Positions 9,655-19,336 of a stretch of DNA of 64,000 bases are shown piece by piece. Position 1 is the first letter of the stretch, and every line of letters starts with the position of its first letter. Under the pieces are notes generated by a model. That model saw nothing but the letters and a program-made list of their open reading frames with translations, was not told where the DNA came from and did not search any database. Origin of the DNA: Candidatus Eremiobacteria bacterium (GTDB lineage: Bacteria; Vulcanimicrobiota; Vulcanimicrobiia; Vulcanimicrobiales; Vulcanimicrobiaceae); assembly GCA_963758295.1 (NCBI GenBank), contig CAVWUU010000004.1:608001-672000 (forward strand), read 5' to 3'. Both the position numbers and the translations under genes were made by a program.

Positions 9655-9681
9655 CATATACTATGTGACACATAGTATATG
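9655..9681. promoter_or_regulatory. Perfect 13-1-13 palindrome, probable PadR operator overlapping the promoter
   Basis: CATATACTATGTG-A-CACATAGTATATG, AT-rich, about 10 nt upstream of the padR start; contains TATACT on both strands. Confidence 0.75.
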
Positions 9682-9724
9682 ACATACGGGCTCAGGTCAA
9701 GAGTGCCCAGAAGTGGATGCGCGC

Positions 9725-9747
9725 TCTTTCGACAGACTCAGGATGAC
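9725..9747. repeat. Solo degenerate REP copy
   Basis: TCTTTCGACAGACTCAGGATGAC, matching the array arm with 3 mismatches. Confidence 0.8.
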
Positions 9748-9786
9748 CCGAGCGGGCGGAGGTATGATGGCGGCGGAGGGTTGGAT

Positions 9787-10728
9787 ATGCATCATCGCAT
9801 CAGGTCCGGCATTCAGGCGCCAAAGTGGCCGAGCTATACCGGAACGTCCCAATACGTTGGAACAAGCACGAACGGTCGCGTGATCGTCTTTGTCGATCCG
9901 TCGCTCGGCGCGCCGGCGTTGACGAACGCGCAGGACCTCGTGAAAGACGCGACACGCATTTCAACCGACAATGACGCGTTCTTCGGCACGACGGGCGGGA
10001 CGGTAAACGCGATCGTCTTCGCGCTTGGCGGCGCGACGGATGGAACCGGTGGTGCAGATCATATGGGCTGCACGTTTCAGACCGGCCAGAACATCGAAGT
10101 CTGCGCTTCGTTTGGAAATTCCGCTCGAGTGTCGGCGCTGTTTGAAGCCGAGCTCAGCGAGTGCTCGATGAACAACAACCTCTGCGGTTTGAGTACGGGC
10201 GAAGCCCTATCGCGTTGGTGCGCCTTCATCGTCAGCAACAACGCGCTCGCCGATTTCGCAACCGCGCCGACGTGGGCGCAGGACGGCATGCCGGACTTCG
10301 TCACTAAAACCGACCCGACGGATCAAAATGCGGACAGTACCGGCTGTGGCATGGCCTTTCTCTCCTGGTTGCTAAGCAAAGGGCAGGCGATCGATGCGAT
10401 CGCGCCCGCGATGGTGCAACTCGGCGATAGCGGGACGCTCGCGCAGTTATACGCCAAGCTAACGGGGGATTCGCAAACTAACGCGTGGCCGGCATTCTCC
10501 GCGGCGGTTAAAGCGCTTGCCGGCGGCGTGACGTCGGACGATCCGTTCAACGGCGCGCCTCGCTCCGCAACCCTCGAATCGATCTCGGCACGCGCGGTGG
10601 AGACGGCCGGGCGCATCTTCTCCGCCGTTCTCGGAGACGTGCTCGCGGGGCACGAAGAAGAACAGATCGGCAAGCGAATTCACTCGGAGATCGGAAATGC
10701 CGGGGCGCCGCACCCGTTGCGGCCATAG
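9787..10728 (+). CDS. Hypothetical Cys-containing protein
   Basis: Start reassigned to ATG 9787 (GGAGG upstream); long ORF with typical codon usage; no recognised family. Confidence 0.75.
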   Translation: MHHRIRSGIQAPKWPSYTGTSQYVGTSTNGRVIVFVDPSLGAPALTNAQDLVKDATRISTDNDAFFGTTGGTVNAIVFALGGATDGTGGADHMGCTFQTGQNIEVCASFGNSARVSALFEAELSECSMNNNLCGLSTGEALSRWCAFIVSNNALADFATAPTWAQDGMPDFVTKTDPTDQNADSTGCGMAFLSWLLSKGQAIDAIAPAMVQLGDSGTLAQLYAKLTGDSQTNAWPAFSAAVKALAGGVTSDDPFNGAPRSATLESISARAVETAGRIFSAVLGDVLAGHEEEQIGKRIHSEIGNAGAPHPLRP

Positions 10729-10750
10729 CTTCGCTACGTAGGACCGGCAC

Positions 10751-12247
10751 CTAATAGAGCGCAAGACCGGCGAGTTCAGGGGTATCGCGTGCATCGAGAA
10801 TTCGGACGCGCACGCCGTTGGTCTCGACGGGCTTCTGCAACTGGAGGAGCCGCTTGTAGCCGACGGTCGTTCCGCTCGCGATTTGGCGCCACGTGCTGCC
10901 GTCGCGAGCGTCCACGGCAAAGCGCGCAATGCGCTGGCCGTCGGCGATGCGTTCGCGGAGCTCGATCGTACGAATCATCACGCTGCGCTCGAGCGAAAAT
11001 GTATCGGTCGCTCGAGCGCCGTCGACGGACTCGTGCCGGATCGCGCCGCGAGCGAGATCATTTGCAAACGCATCGCGAATCCACGAATGGAACTGTTGCA
11101 GGCGCGCGATGTCGGCTGCATCGAAGCGGCCGCTGCGATCGGGCGGCACGTCGAGCAGCAGTTGGCAATTTCGGCCGATCGACGCAAAGTAGATACCTTG
11201 AAGCGCACCGAGCGATTTGGGCTGCGCGCGAGGATGCCAAAACCACCCGGGCTCCAAAGGAACGTCGCACTCGGAAGGCATCCAGCGCAGAAGCCGCGTC
11301 TTGGGATTGGTCAGCGTAGCATCGTTTCCGAGCGCGTCGCTCGTCGGATCGACGACGTGCGTCGATTGATCCGCCACCGGCGGTCCGGTAAGCGGAATAA
11401 CGCTCCATTGAGAGAGACGCGCATGGCCTTCTTCGTTCCCGACCCAATTTAAGTCGATCGGAAAGATTACTGCATTGGGCTGTAACGCGTGAACGACGGT
11501 GTACCAAGCGGTGAAGTCGTACGGTTGAACGCGGCCGCTGTCTTTCAACGGGTTCGCCCCATCGAACCACACTTCTTCGACCGGACCGTACTGCGTGAGC
11601 AGTTCGTAGAGTTCGTTGAGGTAGTATGCGTTGTAATCATCGAGATCGAAATGAAAACGGCGAGCCGGCCTGCGATTGTCGCCCGCGGTCAAGGTCGGAA
11701 TTTCACGCGGTTTTTTTGCGCTGCCGTTTGCAAAAACGCCACCGGGCTGCGCTTGGTAAAGGTCGGCCGGCGAAAGATAGAAGCCGACTTTTAACCCGTA
11801 TTTGTGTGCCGAGGCCACGAATGCGCCGACGAGATCTCCTCGACCGCCGCGCCACCGGCTCGACTTCACCGAATGCCGCGTATATCGCGATGGCCATAGC
11901 ACGAACCCGTCGTGATGCTTCGTAACGAGAATGACTTTCTTGAACCCGGCCTCTTTCAACGATCGCGCCCATTGATCCGTATCGAGCGACGACGGGTTAA
12001 AGACGTCGGGATCCTCTTTTCCGGTTCCCCATTCGCGATTTGTGAACGTGTTGGGACCAAAATGAATAAAGGCCGTTAGCTCTTCGTGCTGCCACTCCAG
12101 TTGCCGCGCGTCCGGCGTAATGTGAGCCGCAGTTGTTATGACGGCTTGGGGCGAGCGGTTCGCATTAGGCGCTTGTCCTTCGACAAGCTCAGGATGACGG
12201 GGAAGCGCGGCGAGCAGCAGCAGAGCGACGACGATAAACGGCCGCAC
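10751..12247 (-). CDS. Alpha-L-fucosidase, GH29 (subgroup B-like, alpha-1,3/1,4), secreted
   Basis: Start reassigned to GTG 12247; FIHFGPNTF, KHHDGF, VWFDGA nucleophile motif, WVGNEEG, GWFWHP, F5/8-like tail with TVGYKRL. Confidence 0.92.
   Translation of the reverse strand: MRPFIVVALLLLAALPRHPELVEGQAPNANRSPQAVITTAAHITPDARQLEWQHEELTAFIHFGPNTFTNREWGTGKEDPDVFNPSSLDTDQWARSLKEAGFKKVILVTKHHDGFVLWPSRYTRHSVKSSRWRGGRGDLVGAFVASAHKYGLKVGFYLSPADLYQAQPGGVFANGSAKKPREIPTLTAGDNRRPARRFHFDLDDYNAYYLNELYELLTQYGPVEEVWFDGANPLKDSGRVQPYDFTAWYTVVHALQPNAVIFPIDLNWVGNEEGHARLSQWSVIPLTGPPVADQSTHVVDPTSDALGNDATLTNPKTRLLRWMPSECDVPLEPGWFWHPRAQPKSLGALQGIYFASIGRNCQLLLDVPPDRSGRFDAADIARLQQFHSWIRDAFANDLARGAIRHESVDGARATDTFSLERSVMIRTIELRERIADGQRIARFAVDARDGSTWRQIASGTTVGYKRLLQLQKPVETNGVRVRILDARDTPELAGLALY
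12176..12198. repeat. Solo perfect REP copy inside the GH29 coding sequence
   Basis: TCCTTCGACAAGCTCAGGATGAC, identical to the right arm in array 2; read in frame as RHPELVEG. Confidence 0.9.
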
Positions 12248-12251
12248 GAAG

Positions 12252-14024
12252 TTACTTCCAAGTAACCTTGAACGTCCACGCGTATTCGCCGCTTGCGCGT
12301 GCGGCGGCCGGGACGTCGACGAGAATGTCCTGCCCATAGCGATGCCATTTTAGCGCCGCGCCGTGGTAGCCAAGCAGTTCGATCGTGTCGCGGTCGGCGA
12401 TCGGAATCGGTTGATGAATTTCCAGCGTCGCGAGCGGACGCTCGAGCGAAGTAACGTAAAACGCCTTGTTCTGCGCTACGGTGAAGCGAAGGTTCCCATC
12501 TTGTGACGTGCGCCACCAGTAGTGCGTGCCGTAAATCGCTTCGCCGTTCGTGCGCAACCACCGGCCGATATCGCGCAAACGCGACTGCATGATGTCCGGA
12601 ATCGTGCCGTCGGCCTTCGGACCGATGTCGAGTAAGAAGTTTCCGTTCTTACTAACCATATCCACCAGGAAATGCACCAACTCGGCGCTGGTTTTATAGT
12701 CCTTGGGCTGTTCCGCGGCGTTGTAGCCGTACGAATACCCCATACCGCGACTGGCTTCCCACTTCTTCGCGCGCGTTTCGTCGTACGTCGTGTATTCGGG
12801 CGTGGAAAAATCGAAGACGACGTTCTTATTTTCGTCGTCGCCGCCCGTGACGCGACAGCGGTCGTCGATTGCGACGCCTTCATTGCGCGCGCGAGCTTGA
12901 TTGTAATAATGCGCGAAGAGGCCGGCGTCGTGCCAGTACTCCGAGGGCTTGTCCCATTCGCCGTCACACCAGATGATCGCCGGATGGTACTTGTCGACGA
13001 TTTCGTACATCTGCGGAAGCATATGCTGATCGACGTAATTGGTAATCGGCTTCATACCCGTGTACGGAATCGGTTTGCCGCTATACCACTGTGCGACAGG
13101 CTTGCCCGTATAAGCGGGGTTATACCATTCGTAAAGCGAGTAGTAGAGGCCCGGATGTAAATCTTCCGGATGGTACTTCCGCGCTGCATCGAACAGCGCG
13201 CCGACGAGGTCGCGATGCGGTCCCAAGTCGACGGCGTTCCGGCCGGTCGTCGCGGTTTGAAAGAGCGCAAAGCCTTCGTGATGCTTCGATGTCAGCACGA
13301 AATACCGGGCACCGGCTTCGTGAAACAAATCGACCCATGCTTTGGGATCGAAATGCGATGCGGTGAACTGCGGGATGAAGTCGTCGTATGTCGAGTTCAT
13401 ACCGAACAGTGCGAGCTGGTGCTTGTAATCGACGGAGTCTTTTTCGTGAATGGAATGCCAGTACCACTCCGCGTAATCGCCCACGCGGCTGAACGCAGGC
13501 ACAGAATAAACTCCCCAGTGAATGAAGATGCCGAACTTTGCATCATCGTACCAGTCGGGTGCTTCATGCGTTTTTAGCGACGCGCCGTCGGCGGTGTACG
13601 CCTGCACGCCAAGCGTGAGCGGTACGTGTTTGACGATCGGATTCTTTTGCCCATCGTCCGCAACCACCGTTCCATCGGTTTCCGTCCCGGCTGCAGCGCC
13701 CGAGTCGTTCACGATGCCGATTTCGACGAAGGCACGCTCGCCGGGACCGAGGCGCGTGATTTGCGCCGGAACGACGGTCCGAGCGCCCTTCGCATCGACG
13801 TGCAGGGTTACCGCATGCGCCGGATCGATCCAACCATCGGTATCGTTTTCGTACGTCGCTTCCACGAATTGCACGCGTGCGCCGTTGACGATCCGTTCTT
13901 TCGTCGTCGAACGCGCATCGACGATCGATCCGCGTTCGGCCGCCGCGCCGTTGAGCGGCGCCAGGACCGCCGGCAGCAACAGCGCCGCAAGAAGCGCCGG
14001 TTTTATGGAGTTTTTCGCAGCCAT
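12252..14024 (-). CDS. Alpha-L-fucosidase, GH29 (subgroup A-like), secreted, with an extra N-terminal beta domain
   Basis: WYDDAKFGIFIHWGVYSVP, TSKHHEGF, IIWCDGEW, SKNGNFLLDIGPKADG, NGEAIYGT. Confidence 0.95.
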   Translation of the reverse strand: MAAKNSIKPALLAALLLPAVLAPLNGAAAERGSIVDARSTTKERIVNGARVQFVEATYENDTDGWIDPAHAVTLHVDAKGARTVVPAQITRLGPGERAFVEIGIVNDSGAAAGTETDGTVVADDGQKNPIVKHVPLTLGVQAYTADGASLKTHEAPDWYDDAKFGIFIHWGVYSVPAFSRVGDYAEWYWHSIHEKDSVDYKHQLALFGMNSTYDDFIPQFTASHFDPKAWVDLFHEAGARYFVLTSKHHEGFALFQTATTGRNAVDLGPHRDLVGALFDAARKYHPEDLHPGLYYSLYEWYNPAYTGKPVAQWYSGKPIPYTGMKPITNYVDQHMLPQMYEIVDKYHPAIIWCDGEWDKPSEYWHDAGLFAHYYNQARARNEGVAIDDRCRVTGGDDENKNVVFDFSTPEYTTYDETRAKKWEASRGMGYSYGYNAAEQPKDYKTSAELVHFLVDMVSKNGNFLLDIGPKADGTIPDIMQSRLRDIGRWLRTNGEAIYGTHYWWRTSQDGNLRFTVAQNKAFYVTSLERPLATLEIHQPIPIADRDTIELLGYHGAALKWHRYGQDILVDVPAAARASGEYAWTFKVTWK

Positions 14025-14674
14025 TCTTCGACACCCACGATGTGAATGGTCGCCCAGGAACGCGCCGTCTCGGGATTGCGCTCCGCGACGCCTTGGTAAA
14101 TCATTTCATGTTCGTGCAGCGAACGTTCGAGCGCCGCTTCTTCCGTGAAACCGCGGATGATTCGGGCGCGCGTGGTAGGGGCAACCAGACCGTCGAGGAT
14201 GGAACAAAGCACGGGATTCCCGGAGCCTTCCGCCAGGGTGCGGTGAAAGGCCATGTCTTGATGGATGAATTGCTCGACCGGAAGATCGACGTGCGTTTCG
14301 TTGAGAATTTTTTTCAGCGCGGCGATCTCGGCCTTGCCCATGCGCGTCGCTGCCATCGCCACTGCGGACGGTTCCAAAATGCGGCGCACTTCGAACAGCT
14401 GCAACAGCGTGCTGTCGCGATGGAAGTCGAGAACGAACTTCACCGCCTCGAGCAGCAGCTCGGGTTGTAGGCTCGTAACGTAGGTGCCGTCGCCTTGCCG
14501 CACATCGAGTACGCGAATGAGCGAGAGCGCTCGCACTGCTTCGCGTAGCGAATTGCGCGACAAGCCCAAGCGCTCGGCGAGTTCGGCTTCTTTAGGAAGC
14601 TTGTCCCCCGGTCCGAGTTCGCCCGAGAGGATCATGTCTTTGATCTTCTCGATCGCCTCGTCGGTTAACGCCAT
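14003..14674 (-). CDS. FadR/GntR family transcriptional regulator (probable fucose regulon repressor)
   Basis: GDKLPKEAELAERLGLSRNSLREA wHTH; FCD domain (FEVRRILEP, DMAFH, SGNPVL, EHEMI). Confidence 0.95.
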   Translation of the reverse strand: MALTDEAIEKIKDMILSGELGPGDKLPKEAELAERLGLSRNSLREAVRALSLIRVLDVRQGDGTYVTSLQPELLLEAVKFVLDFHRDSTLLQLFEVRRILEPSAVAMAATRMGKAEIAALKKILNETHVDLPVEQFIHQDMAFHRTLAEGSGNPVLCSILDGLVAPTTRARIIRGFTEEAALERSLHEHEMIYQGVAERNPETARSWATIHIVGVEEWLRKTP

Positions 14675-14707
14675 ACAGCTAGCCTTTCTCGAAGCAAAAC
14701 AGTCCTA

Positions 14708-14718
14708 ACATCGGATTT
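14708..14718. promoter_or_regulatory. Imperfect operator copy upstream of the regulator gene
   Basis: ACATCGGATTT (reverse complement AAATCCGATGT), a variant of CATCCGATG. Confidence 0.6.
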
Positions 14719-14769
14719 ATGGACGAGTACGCCCCTGGCTCGTTCCGCTCTTTCGCCGGACAAGGGCAA

Positions 14770-14784
14770 ATTCATCCGATGAAT
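14770..14784. promoter_or_regulatory. Palindromic operator, probable site of the FadR-type regulator
   Basis: ATTCATC-C-GATGAAT perfect 7-1-7 palindrome abutting a TAACGT -10-like hexamer that ends 8 nt before ATG 14798. Confidence 0.75.
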
Positions 14785-14797
14785 AACGTCCCCGGCC

Positions 14798-16111
14798 ATG
14801 GGTGCAGCGTTCACCGCGGGGCGCACGTTCGACGTCCGCTTCCCGACCTCGGCTCAAGCGCACGGGTCCGACGCCATGAACGTGGACCCCGACTACTCCG
14901 CGTCCTACGTCATCCTCTATACAGATGCCGGCGACGGCCTTCAGGGCCACGGCTTCGCTTTCACGATCGGCCGGGGCAACGAGATCCAGCTCGCAGCCAT
15001 CCGAGCGCTTCTTCCCTTGGTGATTGGTGTATCGGTCGATGACGTTTGCTCCAATATGGGTGCTTTCGCCCGCCGCCTGCACGCTGACAGTCAATTGCGC
15101 TGGCTCGGCCCGGACAAGGGTGTAATGCAGATGGCGATCGCCGCCGTGCTGAACGCGGTGTGGGATCTCGCCGCGAAGCGCGCCGGGAAACCGCTGTGGC
15201 AGCTGCTTGCCGATCTTTCGCCGGCGGAGATCGTCGAACTCGTCGACTTCCGCTATTTGCGCGACGTGCTTACGCCGCAAGAAGCGATCGCTATGCTCGA
15301 ACGTCACGCCGCAAGCCGCTCGGAGCGCATCGCCGCTCTGGAAAAGCGCGGCTTCCCCGCCTACACAACCTCGCCGGGATGGATCGGTTACGACGACACT
15401 CAGCTCGCCGACGCATGCCGTACCGCCGTCGAAGCCGGTTGGGAGCAAATCAAAATCAAAGTCGGCGGCGACTTGGATGCCGATGTACGCCGGTGCGGAA
15501 TCGCGCGCTCGGTGCTCGGACCGCAGCGCCGCCTGATGGCCGACGCAAACCAACGCTGGAGTTGCGGTGAAGCGATAGACGCCTGCGCGAAGTTCGCGCC
15601 GTTCGACCTTTGGTGGATCGAGGAGCCGACACATCCAGACGACGTGCTGGCGCACGCGAAGATTGCCAAGGCAGTCGCGCCGGTGCGAGTAGCGGCGGGC
15701 GAACATCTTCCGAACGCGATTGCGTTCAAGCAGTATTTCGAAGCCGGGGCTTCACGCATCGCTCAAGTTGATGCGTGCCGTTCCGGCGGCGTCAACGACG
15801 TGATCGCGACGCTTCTTCTCGCGGCAAAGTTCGGTATTCCGGTTTGCCCGCACGCGGGCGGTGTTGGATTATGCGAGCTTGCACAACATATTTCCATTTT
15901 CGATTACGTCGTGCTCGGCGGATCGCTCGAGGACCGCATGCTCGAGTTTGTCGATCATCTGCACGAGCATTTCGTCGATCCGGTTCGGATCGACCGCGGA
16001 CGATATGCCATGCCGCATGCGCCCGGATTCAGCTCCGAGATGCGGGCCGAATCCATCGAACGCTACGCCTTCCCCGGCGGCCCGGTGTGGCGTGAAGCGG
16101 TCGCGCCATGA
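14798..16111 (+). CDS. fucD: L-fuconate dehydratase (enolase superfamily, mandelate racemase subgroup)
   Basis: DVRFPTS..GSDAMN.DPDYS, QLRWLGPDKGV, PAYTTSPGWIGY, KIKVG, DANQRW, WIEEPT.PDD, VCPHAGGVGLCE. Confidence 0.93.
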   Translation: MGAAFTAGRTFDVRFPTSAQAHGSDAMNVDPDYSASYVILYTDAGDGLQGHGFAFTIGRGNEIQLAAIRALLPLVIGVSVDDVCSNMGAFARRLHADSQLRWLGPDKGVMQMAIAAVLNAVWDLAAKRAGKPLWQLLADLSPAEIVELVDFRYLRDVLTPQEAIAMLERHAASRSERIAALEKRGFPAYTTSPGWIGYDDTQLADACRTAVEAGWEQIKIKVGGDLDADVRRCGIARSVLGPQRRLMADANQRWSCGEAIDACAKFAPFDLWWIEEPTHPDDVLAHAKIAKAVAPVRVAAGEHLPNAIAFKQYFEAGASRIAQVDACRSGGVNDVIATLLLAAKFGIPVCPHAGGVGLCELAQHISIFDYVVLGGSLEDRMLEFVDHLHEHFVDPVRIDRGRYAMPHAPGFSSEMRAESIERYAFPGGPVWREAVAP

Positions 16112-16854
16112 GTGAATTTGAAGGGTTGCGCGCGATAGTGACCGGTGCCGGTTCGGGCATCGGCCTCGCAACGGCACAACTCCTCGCGCAGCGCGGTGGG
16201 CGCGTAGCCGCCGTCGATCGCGATCCGTCGCCGGCTACGGAACCGCTGCTGGCAGTCGTAGCGGACGTGCGGGATCAGCGATCGCTCGATGCGTGCGTCG
16301 CTCGAGTCGTCGAGCGCTTCGGCGGTCTCGACATCTTGGTCAACAACGCCGGCATCGGCGCGACGGGCACCATCGTCGATAACGACGATGAAGAGTGGCG
16401 CACGGTTTTCGACGTGAACGTCCTGGGCATCGCGCGAATGATGCGAGCTGCGCTCGAACCGCTTCGCCGCTCGGACCATGCAAGCGTCGTGAATACGTGT
16501 TCGATTGCGGCGACGGCCGGTTTACCGAGTCGCGCACTCTATTCGGCTAGTAAAGGCGCCGTGCAGTCGTTGACGCTAGCAATGGCAGCCGATCATCTCG
16601 CCGACGGCATCCGCGTCAATTGCGTAAACCCCGGCACGGCGGACACGCCGTGGGTCGCGCGTCTTCTGGCTAATGCGGGAGATCCTGAAGCGGAACGCCG
16701 CGCGCTCGAAGCACGCCAGCCGATGGGACGGCTTATCTCGCCCCAGGAAGTTGCCGAAGCAATTGCTTATTTAGCGAGTCCGCGCAGCGCTTCAACCACT
16801 GGAACCGTTCTTGCCGTCGACGGGGGAATGCATGGATTGCGCTTGCGAAAGTGA
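16108..16854 (+). CDS. SDR oxidoreductase, probable 2-keto-3-deoxy-L-fuconate dehydrogenase
   Basis: TGAGSGIG, NNAG, YSASKG, PGTADTP, ARQPMGRL; pathway context. Confidence 0.85.
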   Translation: MSEFEGLRAIVTGAGSGIGLATAQLLAQRGGRVAAVDRDPSPATEPLLAVVADVRDQRSLDACVARVVERFGGLDILVNNAGIGATGTIVDNDDEEWRTVFDVNVLGIARMMRAALEPLRRSDHASVVNTCSIAATAGLPSRALYSASKGAVQSLTLAMAADHLADGIRVNCVNPGTADTPWVARLLANAGDPEAERRALEARQPMGRLISPQEVAEAIAYLASPRSASTTGTVLAVDGGMHGLRLRK

Positions 16855-16861
16855 TCGCGCT

Positions 16862-17887
16862 TTGAAAGTTCTGCGCGTCCTTCGCACAATTGTCGCCTCG
16901 GCTCTCATTGCCGTCGCGAGCGCGTGCAGCTCTGCCACGCACGGCGGAGCCGCCGGTCCGAAGGTCGGCGTGGAATTACCGCTGCTGACATCTCCGTTTT
17001 GGCAAGCCTACGAAGCGTATCTGCCGCAATATGCAAGCAAGACCGGAGTCGATCTCGTCGGCCCTTCGAGCGCCGACGGCGACACGAATAAATTCCTGAC
17101 CGACACGCAAAGCTTCATTACCGAAGGCGCAAACGGGCTCGTGCTTTCGCCCACCGACACGGCCGCCGCTTCTTCTACGCTAGCGAAAGCGGCTGAGGCA
17201 AAGATCCCCGTCGTTACGGTAGATGTTGCGCCCGATCGCGGTCCGGCCTTTATGGTGGTTCGTGCCGATAACCGTGCTTATGGAACGCAAGCCTGCCAGT
17301 TTCTCGGCGCGCACGTTCGCAGCGGCGCCGTCGTACAAATCGAAGGCGACCTCACTTCGATCAACGGGCGCGAGCGCACCGAAGCCTTCGCGTCTTGCAT
17401 GCGCGGGCGCTTTCCGTCGCTTCGCGTACTCGCAGTGCCGGCAAACTGGGATGCTTCTAAAGCCGAATCCGGTCTTGAAGCGCTGTACACGGCAAATCCC
17501 GACATCAGAGGCATCTACTTGCAGGCCGGCGGCGTGTATCTGGCGCCGGCGCTTGCGGTGCTGCGGCGACACGACGCGCTCGTACCGGCCGGCGATGCAC
17601 GTCATATAACTATCGTCTCCAACGACGGCATTGCGCAGGAACTCGAGGCGATCCGCCGCGGCGACATCGACGCGACGGTTTCGCAGCCTGCCGATCTGTA
17701 TGCAAAATACGGCCTTTTCTACATTAAAGCCGCCCTCGCGAACCAGCATTTTCAGCCGGGCAAAACCGATCATGGCAGCACCATCGTGCGACTGCCCAAC
17801 GGACTGCTCGAAGACCGTCTGCCTGCGCCGCTGATCACGAAGGGTAACGTCAACGATCCCCGATTCTGGGGCAACGCCAAGAGTTAG
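16862..17887 (+). CDS. Sugar ABC transporter substrate-binding lipoprotein (CUT2/RbsB-like)
   Basis: Start reassigned to TTG 16862; ASAC lipobox; SPFW, IPVVTVD, ADNRAYG, NGRERT, DATVSQP. Confidence 0.92.
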   Translation: MKVLRVLRTIVASALIAVASACSSATHGGAAGPKVGVELPLLTSPFWQAYEAYLPQYASKTGVDLVGPSSADGDTNKFLTDTQSFITEGANGLVLSPTDTAAASSTLAKAAEAKIPVVTVDVAPDRGPAFMVVRADNRAYGTQACQFLGAHVRSGAVVQIEGDLTSINGRERTEAFASCMRGRFPSLRVLAVPANWDASKAESGLEALYTANPDIRGIYLQAGGVYLAPALAVLRRHDALVPAGDARHITIVSNDGIAQELEAIRRGDIDATVSQPADLYAKYGLFYIKAALANQHFQPGKTDHGSTIVRLPNGLLEDRLPAPLITKGNVNDPRFWGNAKS

Positions 17888-17893
17888 CGGGCA

Positions 17894-19336
17894 ATGAGCA
17901 AAGCCGCTGAAGTCGTCGGCGTTGGAAAGCGTTTCGGAAATACCGTTGCGCTCGCCGACGTGTCGCTTACAATCGAACGCGGAAGCATTCACGCGCTCGT
18001 GGGCCGGAACGGCGCGGGCAAATCTACGCTCGTTTCCATTCTCACCGGACTCGTGCAACCGGATCGCGGCTCCGTTTATTTAGAGTCCGCACCTTCTTGC
18101 GTCTACCAGCATTCGAAGATTGTCCCGCACGTAAGCGTCGCGGAAAATATCTTTCTCAATCGTCAGCCGCGTTCGCGGTTCCACGCAATCGATTGGAAAG
18201 TGATGCGGCAGCAAGCGCGCGCGATGCTCATGGATTGGAACGTCGCGGTCCAGCCCGATGCGCCGGGGTCGGCGCTTTCCGTTGAAGAGTGCCAGCTCGT
18301 CGAAATTCTGCGCGCGCTGTGCTGCGGCTCGCGATTTCTCATTTTGGATGAGCCGACGGCGCGACTGGAAGGCACCGCCATCGAGCGGCTTTTCGCGCGT
18401 TTACGCCGGCTGAATGAGTCCGGCGTAACGATGCTCTTCATTTCGCACCATCTGCAAGAGCTTTACGCTTTGTGCGATACCGTAACCGTGTTACGCGACG
18501 GAATGTCCGTGGCGACGCGTCCCACGGCGGAGTTTCCGGCCGAAGCCGCGATCGAAGCGATGACGGGAAGCCCCCTGAGCGTCGCGCAAAGTCCGGCTGC
18601 ACCGATTGCCTCGACGGCGGCACCGGTGCTTACGGTTGAAGCTTTGTGCGGCGACGGCTTCGAAGACGTCACGTTTGAAGTAAGGCCCGGTGAAAGTGTT
18701 GGACTCGCGGGCATCGGCGGCAGCGGCAAAGTCTCGGTCGCAGAAACGATTGCGGGCATACTCGAACCGCGTAGCGGCGCGGTGTGCGTAGGTGGCGCAA
18801 GAATCCAGCCCGGTGTGCGCAAGGCGCTCGAAGCGGGAATCGGTTTCGTTCCGCGCGACCGTCATCGAGAAGGCTTGATCCCGCAGTTGAGCGTTGCGGA
18901 GAACGCGACCATCACGCTGGACGACCGGCTCGGTCCGCTTGGATGGATTATTCCGCGCCGGCGGGATGCCATTGCGCAACGGACGATCGAAGAATTTGCG
19001 ATCGCCGGCAGTGCCGCACAACGCGTCGACACCCTTTCCGGCGGAAATCAACAGAAGGTCGTTTATGCGCGTGCGCTTGCGCGTGGTCCCGCCGTGCTGA
19101 TTGCGATCGAGCCGACGGCGGGCGTTGACGTAGCTTCGAAAACGGCGCTGCACGAGCAGCTTCGAACGATGCTCCAGCGCGGCACCGGTGTCGTGGTTGT
19201 CTCCGACGATCTCGACGATCTTCGTGACTGCGATCGCATTATCGTGATGTTCAACGGCCGGCAAACGGCGGAGCTGTCTCGCGGATGGAGCGACGGCGAT
19301 TTGATCGCGAACATGGAAGGCTTAACGCGTGTCTGA
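17894..19336 (+). CDS. Sugar ABC transporter ATP-binding protein (tandem NBD)
   Basis: GRNGAGKST Walker A, LILDEPT, ISHH, LSGGNQQKV. Confidence 0.95.
   Translation: MSKAAEVVGVGKRFGNTVALADVSLTIERGSIHALVGRNGAGKSTLVSILTGLVQPDRGSVYLESAPSCVYQHSKIVPHVSVAENIFLNRQPRSRFHAIDWKVMRQQARAMLMDWNVAVQPDAPGSALSVEECQLVEILRALCCGSRFLILDEPTARLEGTAIERLFARLRRLNESGVTMLFISHHLQELYALCDTVTVLRDGMSVATRPTAEFPAEAAIEAMTGSPLSVAQSPAAPIASTAAPVLTVEALCGDGFEDVTFEVRPGESVGLAGIGGSGKVSVAETIAGILEPRSGAVCVGGARIQPGVRKALEAGIGFVPRDRHREGLIPQLSVAENATITLDDRLGPLGWIIPRRRDAIAQRTIEEFAIAGSAAQRVDTLSGGNQQKVVYARALARGPAVLIAIEPTAGVDVASKTALHEQLRTMLQRGTGVVVVSDDLDDLRDCDRIIVMFNGRQTAELSRGWSDGDLIANMEGLTRV

Noticed and set aside
14717..15706. 329 aa minus-strand ORF (and similar long antisense ORFs such as 49812..50795, 17180..18058, 22456..23310)
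   Set aside because: Shadow ORFs opposite well-supported genes in high-GC DNA, with no recognisable motifs
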